Source: Neoechinorhynchus agilis (lineage: Eukaryota; Animalia; Acanthocephala). From it: a DNA stretch of 64,000 nucleotides. This document shows positions 35,613-48,712 of the stretch, piece after piece. The notes beneath the pieces are model-generated. The model saw only the letters and a program-made list of their open reading frames with translations, did not search any database and was not told where the DNA came from. The position numbers and the translations under genes were made by a program. The stretch spans positions 6,736,784-6,800,783 of the forward strand of contig CM121341.1 of assembly GCA_051530055.1 (NCBI GenBank), in the 5' to 3' direction. Position 1 is the first letter of the stretch. Each line of letters begins with the position of its first letter.

Positions 35613-38251
35613 GCTACAAAAACAGTGAACATAATTGAACGCGATTCGGTAGTGACGATAGCCCGTTTTGTGCTATTTTTAATATTTAAAATGAACAAAA
35701 AATCAATTACTACTATGAAGTTAACGCCAGGCGAAAAATATACCGCATTCTACATCGCACAAATGTTTTCCGTTCGTGGATTTGAGCTTTCAAACGAACA
35801 TTGTAAATGTGCAGAAATTATAGAGGTAAGCTGTGTTGCAAATTATATACCGTTTTTAGTACCATTGTTATTAATAATTGATAGATTTTCTTGCTAGGAT
35901 TTTAAATATTTGAATTTGAACTAATCTTTTCGTGACAATATCATAGTAAAGATATCATGAAAAATAAATGTTAAAGTGGTGGCTGCTTTTCTTCAGAAAT
36001 ATTTATATCTAAAAGAATTGAATCTTGATTTAATCGCCTTAAAATTAGCCGGGGCTACAAAAACAGTGAACATAATTGAACGCGATTCGGTAGTGACGAT
36101 AGCCCGGTATTTTTAATATTTAAAATGAACAAAAAATCAATTACTACTATGAAGTTAACGCCAGGCGAAAAATATACCGCATTCTACATCGCACAAATGT
36201 TTTCCGTTCGTGGATTTGAGCTTTCAAACGAACATTGTAAATGTGCAGAAATTATAGAGGTAAGCTGTGTTGCAAATTATATACCGTTTTTAGTACCATT
36301 GTTATCGATAATTGATAGATTTTCTTGCTAGGATTTTAAATATTTGAATTTGAACTAATCTTTTCGTGACAATATCATAGTAAAGATATCATGAAAAATA
36401 AATGTTAAAGTGGTGGCTGCTTTTCTTCAGAAATATTTATATCTAAAAAAGAATTGAATCTTGATTTAATCGCCTTAAAATTAGCCGGGCTACAAAAACA
36501 GTGAACATAATTGAACGCGATTCGGTAGTGACGATAGCCCGGTTTGTGCTATTTTTAATATTTAAAATGAACAAAAAATCAATTACTACTATGAAGTTAA
36601 CGCCAGGCGAAAAATATACCGCATTCTACATCGCACAAATGTTTTCCGTTCGTGGATTTGAGCTTTCAAACGAACATTGTAAATGTGCAGAAATTATAGG
36701 TAAGCTGTGTTGCAAATTATATACCGTTTTTAGTACCATTGTTATCGATAATTGATAGATTTTCTTGCTAGGATTTTAAATATTTGAATTTGAACTAATC
36801 TTTTCGTGACAATATCATAGTAAAGATATCATGAAAAATAAATGTTAAAGTGGTGGCTGCTTTTCTTCAGAAATATTTATATCTAAAAAAGAATTGAATC
36901 TTGATTTAATCGCCTTAAAATTAGCCGGGCTACAAAAACAGTGAACATAATTGAACGCGATTCGGTAGTGACGATAGCCCGGTTTGTGCTATTTTTAATA
37001 TTTAAAATGAACAAAAAATCAATTACTACTATGAAGTTAACGCCAGGCGAAAAATATACCGCATTCTACATCGCACAAATGTTTTCCGTTCGTGGATTTG
37101 AGCTTTCAAACGAACATTGTAAATGTGCAGAAATTATAGAGGTAAGCTGTGTTGCAAATTATATACCGTTTTTAGTACCATTGTTATCGATAATTGATAG
37201 ATTTTCTTGCTAGGATTTTAAATATTTGAATTTGAACTAATCTTTTCGTGACAATATCATAGTAAAGATATCATGAAAAATAAATGTTAAAGTGGTGGCT
37301 GCTTTTCTTCAGAAATATTTATATCTAAAAAAGAATTGAATCTTGATTTAATCGCCTTAAAATTAGCCGGGGCTACAAAAACAGTGAACATAATTGAACG
37401 CGATTCGGTAGTGACGATAGCCCGTTTTGTGCTATTTTTAATATTTAAAATGAACAAAAAATCAATTACTACTATGAAGTTAACGCCAGGCGAAAAATAT
37501 ACCGCATTCTACATCGCACAAATGTTTTCCGTTCGTGGATTTGAGCTTTCAAACGAACATTGTAAATGTGCAGAAATTATAGAGGTAAGCTGTGTTGCAA
37601 ATTATATACCGTTTTTAGTACCATTGTTATATAATTGATAGATTTTCTTGCTAGGATTTTAAATATTTGAATTTGAACTAATCTTTTCGTGACAATATCA
37701 TAGTAAAGATATCATGAAAAATAAATGTTAAAGTGGTGGCTGCTTTTCTTCAGAAATATTTATATCTAAAAAAGAATTGAATCTTGATTTAGCCTTAAAA
37801 TTAGCCGGGGCTACAAAAACAGTGAACATAATTGAACGCGATTCGGTAGTGACGATAGCCCGTTTTGTGCTATTTTTAATATTTAAAATGAACAAAAAAT
37901 CAATTACTACTATGAAGTTAACGCCAGGCGAAAAATATACCGCATTCTACATCGCACAAATGTTTTCCGTTCGTGGATTTGAGCTTTCAAACGAACATTG
38001 TAAATGTGCAGAAATTATAGAGGTAAGCTGTGTTGCAAATTATATACCGTTTTTAGTACCATTGTTATTAATAATTGATAGATTTTCTTGCTAGGATTTT
38101 AAATATTTGAATTTGAACTAATCTTTTCGTGACAATATCATAGTAAAGATATCATGAAAAATAAATGTTAAAGTGGTGGCTGCTTTTCTTCAGAAATATT
38201 TATATCTAAAAAAGAATTGAATCTTGATTTAATCGCCTTAAAATTAGCCGG
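35613..38251 (+). repeat. Six tandem ~440-bp units, each containing an exon-intron-exon-like structure
   Basis: GCTACAAAAACAGTG at 35613, 36054, 36489, 36929, 37372 and 37810; GAG|GTAAGC...TTGCTAG| in each unit (donor altered to TAG|GTAAG in copy 3). Confidence 0.95.
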
Positions 38252-38429
38252 CGAAAACGTTGTGCTCTAAAAAAATGTTCAATTTTTTGTAAGTGAGCAA
38301 GCTTTTGAGAGGTTAGATTGTTGCGCTTCATCTCTAGAATTCAAATTTATATCATCAAATAATTGATTCATTTCATATTTTTCGACTTTCGCGTAGACCT
38401 TTTTCGGCCTATCAAAAGAAAGGGAGCAC

Positions 38430-38830
38430 TCAATTTCGTTTATCCGGTGGTATCCTTCAGATTGAGTGTTTAAAATGCTTTGTTGGCCACAAACGTATCC
38501 GTTTTTTTATCATACTGGTCGAGTACCATCAAAATTAACCTTGTGCTCACGGGACACCATTGTTAAACTCAGTATTCTTTAAGGCTGCACTTCGGTGCTC
38601 AGCAATCCTTCTTTTTAGATTGTTCGTTTTTCCCACATATTAGATAGATTACAGTTGGAACATGGGATCTTGGTGACCCTCATTCTTCGGTCGAAGTACT
38701 GTTTGGAGAGTTTTGCCCTTCCTGTGGTTATCAATCTTTATGATCAGAACTTCCATTTTTTTAGTTCCATAGACCACTGATGAATGGTGCCTCAATGAAG
38801 TGCTTCTTTTCTTGCTGTTGCGATAATTAT
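38430..38830 (-). mobile_element. Decayed Penelope-like GIY-YIG fragment
   Basis: KIPCSNCNLS, frameshift, YVGKTNNLKRRIAEHRS. Confidence 0.7.
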
Positions 38831-39435
38831 GAACTTAATATAAAATTGGTAGAACGTTGGTTTATGTAATCAAAATGTCTTCGAAATACACCGGTTATTA
38901 GTGAATTTTCAAAAAATAACCAAAATCGGTGCAACGGATAACACAATTCAGGTTTTTTAAATAAGTTTTAAGAAACTGGTTGATCCAATTCAACGTTGAT
39001 CCGGTCGATATAATCGTAAATAAACGATGTTGTCCGAAGTCTCACTTTAGAACTCCTAATTTTCTAAAATGTTTAAATATTCATTAACGTTTTTCTTAAA
39101 GATTTTCAATAGATTTTAGGCCATCGACCTCGTCTATATACAATTATTGGCTATTCTATATCTCTATAAAACACAAAAATCCCAATTTTAATTGTTCCTC
39201 CGTAGACTCAATTCGTCCGAAATACGATCTAAATCGAAGACAATGACGCTCAAGTGCCTACAAAAAGGTTTACTAACCCAAGTTTGTCACCGGAAACGCT
39301 ATAAAGCAAAAACGGGTCGCGCCCACATTGCATTGTTCAGCCTCAAAGGAAATGTTCTGACGAAACCGGTGCACGCCCCATAAATTTTCCAAGAAAAAGA
39401 GTAACTTTACAAAAAAAGGCCTCCGTGGAGAAATT

Positions 39436-42400
39436 ATGTCTTCAAGTGTCAAGCAATCTCTTACGCCAATTGTTCCTAAAAACAATCGAAAGCAGTATGA
39501 GATCGTAGTGTGCAGCAATGGCTGCAGAATCCTGCTAATTGCCGATCCTAAGACGGAATTTGGGACATTTGCACTAAACACGGGTGTTGGATCTTATTGT
39601 GAACCAATTCCTCGGTTAGTTGCTTTATTGCAATCAATTTTGCTTAATGTTGAGGTTAGACATTTTTGGATTTTCGAAGAACATAAAACTTTCTTTATCT
39701 AGCCCAGTAGTGATGTGCCCTCATTGGCTACATTCATTGAAACAAGTGAAGGGTCAGGAGGATCAATAGTACATAATGATATTGGAATTATTAGTTTTCA
39801 ATGCCCTCATGAGATATTCCAGGATGCAGTTCATATGTAAGTAAAAGCATCTTGTTTTCATTGACTTAACGCACAAATGTGTGATAAAATTTAAATTCTG
39901 AGGTATCGGTTATTGAGTTATTGTCGTACACAATCGATTTACATTTCAAAATTTTCCACGTGAAATAAATTAACGAATATTTGTGAATACTAAAAATATT
40001 TATTATTTTTAAAGTGGTATAATTTTGGAGGAAAACTTTAGCCGTCCTCCGTGTTGTCTCTCAGCACGGCGATGGTGAATTGACCTGACCTTGCAACAAA
40101 TCTATTTTGAGCATCTTCCTTGATAAATTTTTCTCTGGTGACTATTATTAAGATATACTCACCTTCTGCTAAATATTTGCAGGTTCCTACGATTCCTCTG
40201 CTCTCCGCGATTCGATTTAAATTCCATAGAGAAGGAAATTCTCTTTATTGACAGTCTAGTGACTGCAGAGAAGAACAATGAGGATTGTTTACTTGAGGAC
40301 ATAATCAGAAGTCAAATGAACCCCTCCCATCCAGCATCTCAACCCAAAACTAGAGTTACGCCCGTGTTCGACATAGCCAAAGACAAACTATGCGACTTGT
40401 GCCGTAACTTTTTCGAAAAGGAATATTCTTCAAATCGCATGTCTATCGCAATCCAATCGAAAGGTTTTTGTTAAACAGATATCAAAAAGTATTTCTTAAC
40501 GCATTACAAATATAGGTATGATCGAGCAACTGAAGTCTTGGCTCATTCCCTTGGCTGAGAATATCCCGAACCACAACCTCGACTTTGCTACATTCTCACC
40601 ATCCAACCCACTTGAGGGATATTCCCAAAATAAATTCTACCAGATCATTCCCCAGAAGGACTACAACGCCCTGGTGTTGGAATGGGCTACGCCGGACCTT
40701 ACAAAGGAATATAAAGCCGATCCATCTGGATACATTGATTCCCTATTACAATACGGACACTCCAAAGGTCTACTTGACTATCTAAAAAAGCGCGAATTTG
40801 CGTACAACGTTAGCCTTTCGGTTCCACTATCAATCCGAGGCACTCACATTTCAACGATTCGTGTGCTGCTCACTGAGAAGGGAGTAGAAGAATACATGAA
40901 AGTACTAGAAGCTATTTTTAAATATCTTGGCTTAATTAAGCGCATGGGATGCGAGAAGTGGAGGATGACGGAGTATAGTATCCGAAGTGAGATTGAGTTT
41001 GATCTTGAAGAGAGAAGTAGTCCTTTAAACGAAGTACACACTCATTCGCTCACATATCGATCTTATTGCTGTGAACAAATGTAATAATGGCTGCTGTTCC
41101 CATTATGGATAGAATTGACTTAAAAGATGTTGCACGAGTTGGTGTCTTGATGGAGATAAAACCGGATATCATGCGAACTGTCCTAGACGCGATGAACCCT
41201 GGACTCTGTGCTGTGTTTTTGATTTCACGTAAATTAAAGATTGAACATAACCATATCAGTGCAGATGGAATAAAATATTCAATAGATAAACTTTCGAAAG
41301 ATTGTTTGGATACGTGGACTTTGTTGTCTGAAAACCCACGAATCGATCAAGATTTTGTTCTGCAATTACCTTCAAAAAATGAATACGTTCCAAATTTGGA
41401 CGAGGTAATAGCACCTAAAAGTGCTGATAATGTTCCAGTTTTGGTCAACGAGGTAAGGCTCCCTATCAAGTAATAACATTTTAACTTCATGAAAAGGAAT
41501 CTGGCTTCCGATGTTGGCACAAGTACGAAAATTGTAATAAAAGAGTCGGAGTAAAAATTATGTGTCAACTTCCAGAAGACGAACTATGGAACGCTCAAAA
41601 GGCTGTAGCTATTGATATTGCCTTCCAAATTATTGTAATGAAAACCAAGGAACGAATGTTAAATGCATTGTGCATGAAGTATGTATTTGTCGAAGAAAAG
41701 GAAACTCGGAGAATGACCGTGAGTTTCAATTTATATAAAACGGAAAAATTTGCACTTCTCTTTGGAAGTTTTACCTTGAAGGCTTTACTGACAAAATGGA
41801 TACGTTTGTGGAAGAAATGTTGAAGATTGTAATCGAGGTGAAGAATGATGCAGAATGTTTTGAGAATGCCAAGGATGCTCAAATCATGACCTATATTGAG
41901 CCGATTCGTGATACACAGTTCGTCTGCTTCCAAGAAGCTTGGAACGTGGCTGGCATTGGCATTAATTTTTGCAATGAAAATTTGTTAGAGCAAGCAAGCT
42001 GTAAGTAAAAAAATCGGGCTGAATATCCCCTAAAAATCCTAAAGTTTTTACTGTTTCTTGTCAAATTCAAACTCTTTCAAGTAAAATATCGACATTTTAC
42101 GCCCTGAATCTGGGTTATTCAAGAGAATCGGGAATTTTGATAGTCATGTTCGACTTTTATCCGCCATTTATTGTGCTTCTTTGTCTAATATAAATTCGAT
42201 TTTAAAACAAAACGTTCCATTAAAACGAAAGTATAAAAGCATAATAGTGAAACCAGTCAGTCCGGCGCATGTTGTTGTAGCTCGACTCGTACTTCTGGGT
42301 CCCCGTGAACACTCGAACCAAATGATAGGTAGTCCAGTTGAACGAGTGAAAGTTGTTGGTTATTGGCGTAGGTTGAGCACAAAAACACCGCTTAGCCATT

Positions 42401-43498
42401 TTCAATAGCGATGTTTCATACAAAAAATCGTTATTTGCTTTTTTTATGGAGCATTTTCAATACCATAAAAGGCTCCTCTGCAGATCATGCACTATGATGG
42501 CTTGCAAAAATATTTAAATTGTTTTGAATCGAACTAGTTCCTAGTTAAATTTATGGTCTTTTAGATTTGGAATACGAAATCTTCAAATCCACATGGAATG
42601 ACCTGTTCAAAAGGCAAAGTTGTGATGTCTACATCATAGGTGAAGTCGAAAAAGAACAAGCCGTGAAAATTTCAAAGACAGTGTACGATCACTTTAAGGA
42701 ACTCGGAACTATTCAACCAACGAAAAAAATGAGGGAAATTGTATTTAAAACCAAAAGCAATTTAAGAAAACGTTTTATTAGTACAAACGTATTTGAGAAT
42801 TCTATTCTTCTTCTCTTTCAATGTGACCGAAATACGGTTTCACACTCAGCTTTATCAAATATTTTTGTTCAGAGCATTAAGGAGAACTTTATAGACTTCG
42901 TGATGATGAACGACGAGACAGGTAAGTAGGATACTAAGTAAAGATTCGTCAAAGAACTATTTTAGTTTCGTCAATTTTTACTGGAAGTGTTGATCAAGGC
43001 AAATCTATTTACGTTTACTTTTTTGAGCAGTCAAGACAATCGTGTGAATACTCTGATGCCAGTGCAGAACTTTTCTTGGAGGACGTCTATGATGCACTGA
43101 AAACAATGACCGAAGAAGATTTAGACAGAGTAAAGACTAAAGTAATCATACAACTGAAAGATGAAGGAGAAACTTTGACTGAAAAGCTCGATTACTGGTC
43201 GGCATTTGTGGACGAATACGGAGCTAATTTCGACAGAAAAACGAAACTAATCAAAGAGGTCGAAAGTACATGCAAAAAAGATCTACTTGAATTTTACACT
43301 AAGTTCATCCAAAGGAGTAGCAATAGCAGAATAAAATTAGCCACTTATCTGAGTCCAATCAATGCTCCCGTGGAGACGTACCAAGAATTTGGCTTTCTTA
43401 AAATTAGCGAATATATTAATTCGGCAACTGAGATAGAAGATACAATGGTATTTCTGGAAGGTAAGGAGAGGTTGGATTGTAGCTTGTCCGTTCTATAG
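39436..43498 (+). CDS. M16A (insulysin/nardilysin-like) peptidase homologue without zinc ligands; ~8 exons
   Basis: NNRKQYEIVVCSNGCRILLIADP, GVGSYCEP, MNPSHP, YSSNRMSIAI, LEWATPDL..YKADPSGYI..LL, PSKNEYVP. HxxEH position reads ALLQS. Confidence 0.85.
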
Positions 43499-43756
43499 GA
43501 AAACGATTCTCTTGAAAGAAACTCTATCTTTGACTTAAGTGAACTAAAGTTTCGGTAATGGTTTTGATTGGAGTGCTCTTAGAATTAAGGACCTGCTTTC
43601 TATACGAAATCTTTAATGCTTTTTGGAAAAACACTGGTATGTCAATTTATATCGAGCTCGGGGAAGTTCATAATAGCAAAGCGTAAGGGACGTGAAGAGG
43701 GAAGGTCACACTAAAGAAGACAATGGTGGTTAATTTTTTAAAGGTTTCCTTCTCAA

Positions 43757-44302
43757 TTAGTGTGGAACGTCTGTGGATTTCCAGTATACCATCATAAATT
43801 CGAGAATTAGTAATCCGATGTGTTGGTATGCGTATTTGTTATATCGAAATCGATCGTAGTTTTGTTGAATAGGACAGATTTGCCAATGAAATAAAAGGAT
43901 CACTTTAAAGGTAACGCAATAAAAAGTAATTAGACACTTGAAAATTGTACTTTCCGGCAAAATTGGATTTATAATTCGGCGATAGAATACATCAATATGG
44001 TAATAGGAGAACAATGATACCTTCCGCTCATGGATCTTAACGTCCGAATGTTTAAATCAATTCAATATTTATGAACAACAATTGAACGAAAGGCTATTTA
44101 GCTCAAACAGAAAAACAATGGATATGTTTACGTGCTCGGGAGTATAAATACGAGCCATTCGTTCATTCAAGACAGTTCGCGTATAGAACCTTTTAGTCGT
44201 CTCCAACATTTCTGTCGAATCAACCGATCTATTCAATGTGCATTTCAGTTGAATTAATTCCCGAATTTCTTTTTTAGATGTCTCATCTAAGGAAAATTCC
44301 AC
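43757..44302 (-). CDS. Hypothetical 2-exon protein, divergent from the FoxO plus copy
   Basis: Two ORFs joined in frame by a GT-AG intron (TPEH|IHERKVSLF); start codon not defined. Confidence 0.3.
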
Positions 44303-44369
44303 CTATTCTCAGGAATATAAAACGGACCACTGAAATGGCAATAAGGAGCCAGCGAAGAATCGATTGTTC

Positions 44370-44873
44370 ATGTTCCGGTATAGGGTCTACGCTGATTTAA
44401 TCAAGAAAGCAATTAATAGTAGCCCGGAAAAGAGGCTGAAACTACGAGAAATTTATTCGTGGATCGAGGATAACAATGTATATTTTAACGATCCAATGGG
44501 AGCCGTGGAAAGTAGGCCTTGGAAGGTAAGCTTCCCTTAACTTGCAAACTTTATAGCCGGTGATAGTGTTCTTTTGAATGCGATAAGACATAATTCTTCG
44601 CTCCGCAAAATCATTAAAATAGAGCAAGATGATGGGCCGAAAAGATCATGGTTACAAATAAACTTGAATTATAGGGATCCAGAGCGCAAAGATCCAGGTC
44701 GGAAACGAGCAAATTTGAGATCAATAAACGACGATCAGAATAAGCATGCCCGGTACTCAAACGAACCGAGAGATCCAGTCATTGCAGTACATCGTGAATT
44801 TAAAATGACGGTGGAAATCGTCAAAACCAATAATCCGGTGATTGTTCACCAATTGCAACTTTTCATCCTGTAA
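44370..44873 (+). CDS. FOXO: FoxO-like forkhead protein, copy 1 (intron 44526-44576 ends in TG, not AG)
   Basis: YADLIKKAINSSPEKRLKLREIYSWI..WK|NAIRHNSSL..KRSW; intron at the WK|N position typical of FoxO genes. Confidence 0.75.
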
Positions 44874-44880
44874 ATATTCA

Positions 44881-45345
44881 TTAAGTGTTACAACTCCTAA
44901 CTGTTGGTTCTGATTTCCAATATCGATACTGTCCTATTAAATTCATGGGGTGCTGTATTCTCGGTTCAAATGAGGACCGGACACGTTTGTTCCGATCTTC
45001 GTTTATTGATCCAAGATTTGTACGTTTTCGGCCCGGTCTTTTGTGTTCTGGCTCTCTGTAATTCCGGTCAATGGTCCACCATGATCTTTTCGGCCTATCG
45101 TCTTCCTCTATTTTAGCGATTTTTGCTGAGCGTAAGACTATGTCGAATTGCATTCTACATACAATATCAACGGCTATAAAATTGTCAAGTTAAGGGAAGC
45201 TTACCTTCCAAGGCCTACTTTCGACGGGGCCCATTCGATAATTAAAATATAAATTGTTATCCTCGAGCCATGAATAAATTTCTCGTAGTTTCAGCCTCTT
45301 TTCCGGGCTGCAATTGATTGCTTTATTGATTAAATCAACGTAGGG
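44881..45345 (-). pseudogene. FOXO: FoxO-like copy 2, inverted; +1 frameshift in an A5 run and an upstream in-frame stop
   Basis: YVDLINKAINCSPEKRLKLREIYSWL..WK|NAIRHSLTL; canonical 50-nt intron 45155-45204; extra base at 45120-45124; TAA at 45346-45348. Confidence 0.75.
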
Positions 45346-45931
45346 TTAATTCGTTGACCCTTTACCAGAACATACACATTCGATTCAGCAGATCCGTTGA
45401 CAACAGAGAAGAAATGGTGGAAATTTGAATTATGGCAATACAGCGATTCTCCAAAGCGGACCAGATATTCAAACTAATCAACGAGCCTATAACAAAAAGC
45501 CAGCGAACCGCATATTTTGTCTCTTCATTATTTGAGAGAAGCCGAACCACTCACACTAAATATCACAGTGAATCCTTGTGCCGTTTTGAAAATACGCGGC
45601 CAAATAAGAGCCTTAAACGCAGGAGTATTAATGTTGGAGCAGCATAGCCGCCATTCACCAGATAACAATCGATTCAATCTGACCGGATTGGAGTTTGCCG
45701 GACGATAGTTGTGATTCTCAACAGCAGTCGACTATTAAAGATACAGTCAATCGTCGATCATAGTGACCTAATGCCGCAAATCGATAGACTGAACAAGGAT
45801 CTAAAAAAGAACAAAATAAAACTGGTGAAGGTTTTAAAAGGGATATTTACGAAAAAGAAGAATTCGGGCAATGGAAACAGTCTTTATATATTTAAACGAT
45901 GATTATCGAGCTGCGATGATTTCCTTTCTAA

Positions 45932-46464
45932 TTGGTTCGCGTAAATGAATTTAAGGTTGCGTTAGGAAAAGTTGAGATTTTTCGTCTTATTCCCGCCGCC
46001 ATGAATACACATTACGAAAATGATTTTCTCGAGGGGGACGATAGGACACTGTTTGATCCTCTAGACCCATTCGAACTGCTTTCATTGATGCCTCAAGACC
46101 TTCTTACTGCTCGATATTTGGCAAGTAATTGCAGTCTACAGAATGCCAAGACGGATGCGGTGATTGAAACTGCTTTGGATTTCGAATCTGGAATACTTTA
46201 AAGTCCGATATCCTGCATGGAATTTAAATAAAAAAAGTAGCAACCGCTAAGTTTGGAAGCGAAACAATTTCACTTGTTTTCAAAAGTCTACAAAAATTAA
46301 ATATGATTGGCGACAAACTGATATGGGTCGATCTTTATGTTTACGATTCCTTAGAAAACTATGGGAAGTATAAAGATTTGCTAAATGTTGTCAAGACGGT
46401 GAAAAACATTGCTGATAATTTGTCGTTAAGACCGAACTTGATGTGCTATAGATGTTGGGAATAA
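45932..46464 (+). pseudogene. Glutathione S-transferase-like gene, broken by two apparent frameshifts (~46190 and ~46230)
   Basis: GKVEIFRLI..YENDFL..PF..TARYLA..DAVI..D; C-terminal IGDKLIWVDLYVYDSL..RPNL. Confidence 0.55.
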
Positions 46465-46745
46465 TAAAGTCTAAGGAAATTGAAATACAATTCGCATTCT
46501 TTTAATTACGACGGTAAGATTCTCTTGAAAGTGTTTGAACATTCCCAAAGTAATGTAAACATTATTATCCATTTCGAGAAAGCACTAAAACTTGAGTATA
46601 ATTTTGTGTTAAAAATTGTGATAGCTACAATGTTCCTTTGCACGAACCATTTGATTCATTGATTCCAAAAGAGGGGCAGTTATTGTAGAATTAGAGATTT
46701 TCTAAGTGCATTCGTTATGTAGATTTTGGAATCCCCTTCGAAAGT

Positions 46746-47690
46746 TTACTTTGTCAATTTAGAATTAACGCTCTTGCACTCATTGATCAAATCGGACAAT
46801 TCTCGGATAGTGCTTTCTACGGCCAAAGAACCAGTAATGCTGTTTTCCTTCACAAATTCCTCTATTTTCTTGACAATAGCGCATAGTTCATCCTCATTGA
46901 ACGTACGCTTCGATTTGGTATCTTCGTTTTGGACTTTTCGTCGACAAATTCGTTCTGCACTTATGATCGAAAAATTTTTGTCATTTAAGTCTATTAGACG
47001 TTTACAACAATCGATCCTTAATTCATCCAATTCAACCTTCTGTTTCACAAATTCAACCAATCCGTTGTAGCCGTTAATCATAGTCTCAGTAAGGTTTCGA
47101 ATTTTGCTTAAAAGATCATCCAGTTTTGACAAGTAATTTAGTAGATCATTCGGAACACTTACAGTGCCGCTGCTGCTTTTGTCGCTTTTTATGCGGTCTA
47201 CACGGACAAGCGCTGTGGTTATTATTGAATTCAATTGTACGGAAATATCGGTTAAATGCTCAAAGTCAAACCAAAATCCATTCTCCAGGTTCGATACTTT
47301 ATCAATTAGTCCTTCACACATTCCACCCAATTCGCCTGAGAAGACACTTTGATCCAATTCCTTGATTAATTCTAAACTCTTTGCCTTTTCTTTGTCGACC
47401 ATTGCAAACACATTTGACCGTTTAAGATTCTCTGCAATTTGATCCGTCTGTCTTTTCTTCGATTCCAAAACAAAGTCGATTCTTGTTATAAGACCACGAA
47501 GAACGTTGTGATCCGTTATAATTGAAAGAAGAAATTTAACGATGGGATTTGAAAGTTTGAACTGACGAGGAGAAGCTCGTAACTCGTCCAATCCATTAAA
47601 TCCACTCAGTCGAAGAATCCACTCAAGAAGAGTTATAGTCGATCGATCGAAATATTCTATTTTATCCTGATTCATCTCGATTGGACACAT
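46746..47690 (-). CDS. Coiled-coil protein, HAUS1 (augmin)-like
   Basis: 314 aa; LLEWILRLSG..F.L..IVKFL..I...N and C-terminal SLAV..REL patterns resemble HAUS1. Confidence 0.45.
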   Translation of the reverse strand: MCPIEMNQDKIEYFDRSTITLLEWILRLSGFNGLDELRASPRQFKLSNPIVKFLLSIITDHNVLRGLITRIDFVLESKKRQTDQIAENLKRSNVFAMVDKEKAKSLELIKELDQSVFSGELGGMCEGLIDKVSNLENGFWFDFEHLTDISVQLNSIITTALVRVDRIKSDKSSSGTVSVPNDLLNYLSKLDDLLSKIRNLTETMINGYNGLVEFVKQKVELDELRIDCCKRLIDLNDKNFSIISAERICRRKVQNEDTKSKRTFNEDELCAIVKKIEEFVKENSITGSLAVESTIRELSDLINECKSVNSKLTK

Positions 47691-48712
47691 CTAGGGAATT
47701 TATAGAAATTATGTTCGTTCTCAATGATAGACGGCTAAATTTAGGATTATCAATCATGCGTATTTTTCTTTTAAAAACTCGGAACTATTTAAAGTTTAGA
47801 TCAATATACATAAAAACATTTCCTCGAAAATGTTTGAGTTCGAACTTATTTTTTCAATTAGATCAATAGAGTTCAATCTATCAGTTTTCGAATTTGGACT
47901 TTGTGCAAATCGAATTTTCATCTCTACTAGACAAAAGTTCTCTTATTGATTTTAGATGATTAATTTTGAAGAGGTAACGAAATTTCGTTAATCTTAAATT
48001 TATCTTGTGCATTTCTCGCAATCGATTTTCCACTAAAATTACACAACGGAAATAACGAGCAAATTTAATGAATTCCTAAAATTTCAAACGTAGTAATAAT
48101 AAGTCAATCGAGAAAATGCATGAAATCCCGTTTGAAAGTGACATTTTAAACAAAATGCCAACATATTTCTATTTTTTTACCATTGCTTGGATAAATTGAA
48201 AAAGGATTAGTGAATGTAATTAACTTAAATTCATTATGGAATAATATAATTCAAGAGAATGAGGGAAACCGTTCGATTTTTTGGAATTTAAAAAAATTGA
48301 TTATCAAACCAATTATTGATCGATTTTTCGGTCAATATTGCGGTCCATCAAGTTCTTATGCGGTAAAATTCCCAAACGTATTTCGATCAAATTAGTGTTT
48401 CTGAGCACATCTTAGAAAATAATTGCGAATCAATGAGTGGACAATGAAAAGAAAACGTATTCTTATACCAAATAAACAAGAACATGGTAATTTTTTACAG
48501 TAAACAACAGAATTCTTTTTAATGTATCTTTAATAGCCTAAAAATTATTGCATTTTTTAAAAGCTTCGTCCTTTTTCGTTATGGACAGGTGACATACCAA
48601 AAGAGTTAAGATTTGAAATCTTTTTTGTAGTTTATGGGACAACAAGTGAAAAAAGCAATACAAACACTCACGCAAATTCAATTTAGCTGCCAATTTCTGT
48701 TTTATTAAGGGA

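Noticed and set aside
35613-38251. Spliced-leader RNA gene array
   Set aside because: Has an AG|GTAAG donor but no convincing RAU4-6GR Sm site or SL hairpins; kept only as a minor alternative.
42181-42423. ORFs inside the M16 intron
   Set aside because: No homology to M16 or other families; the M16 frame joins without them.
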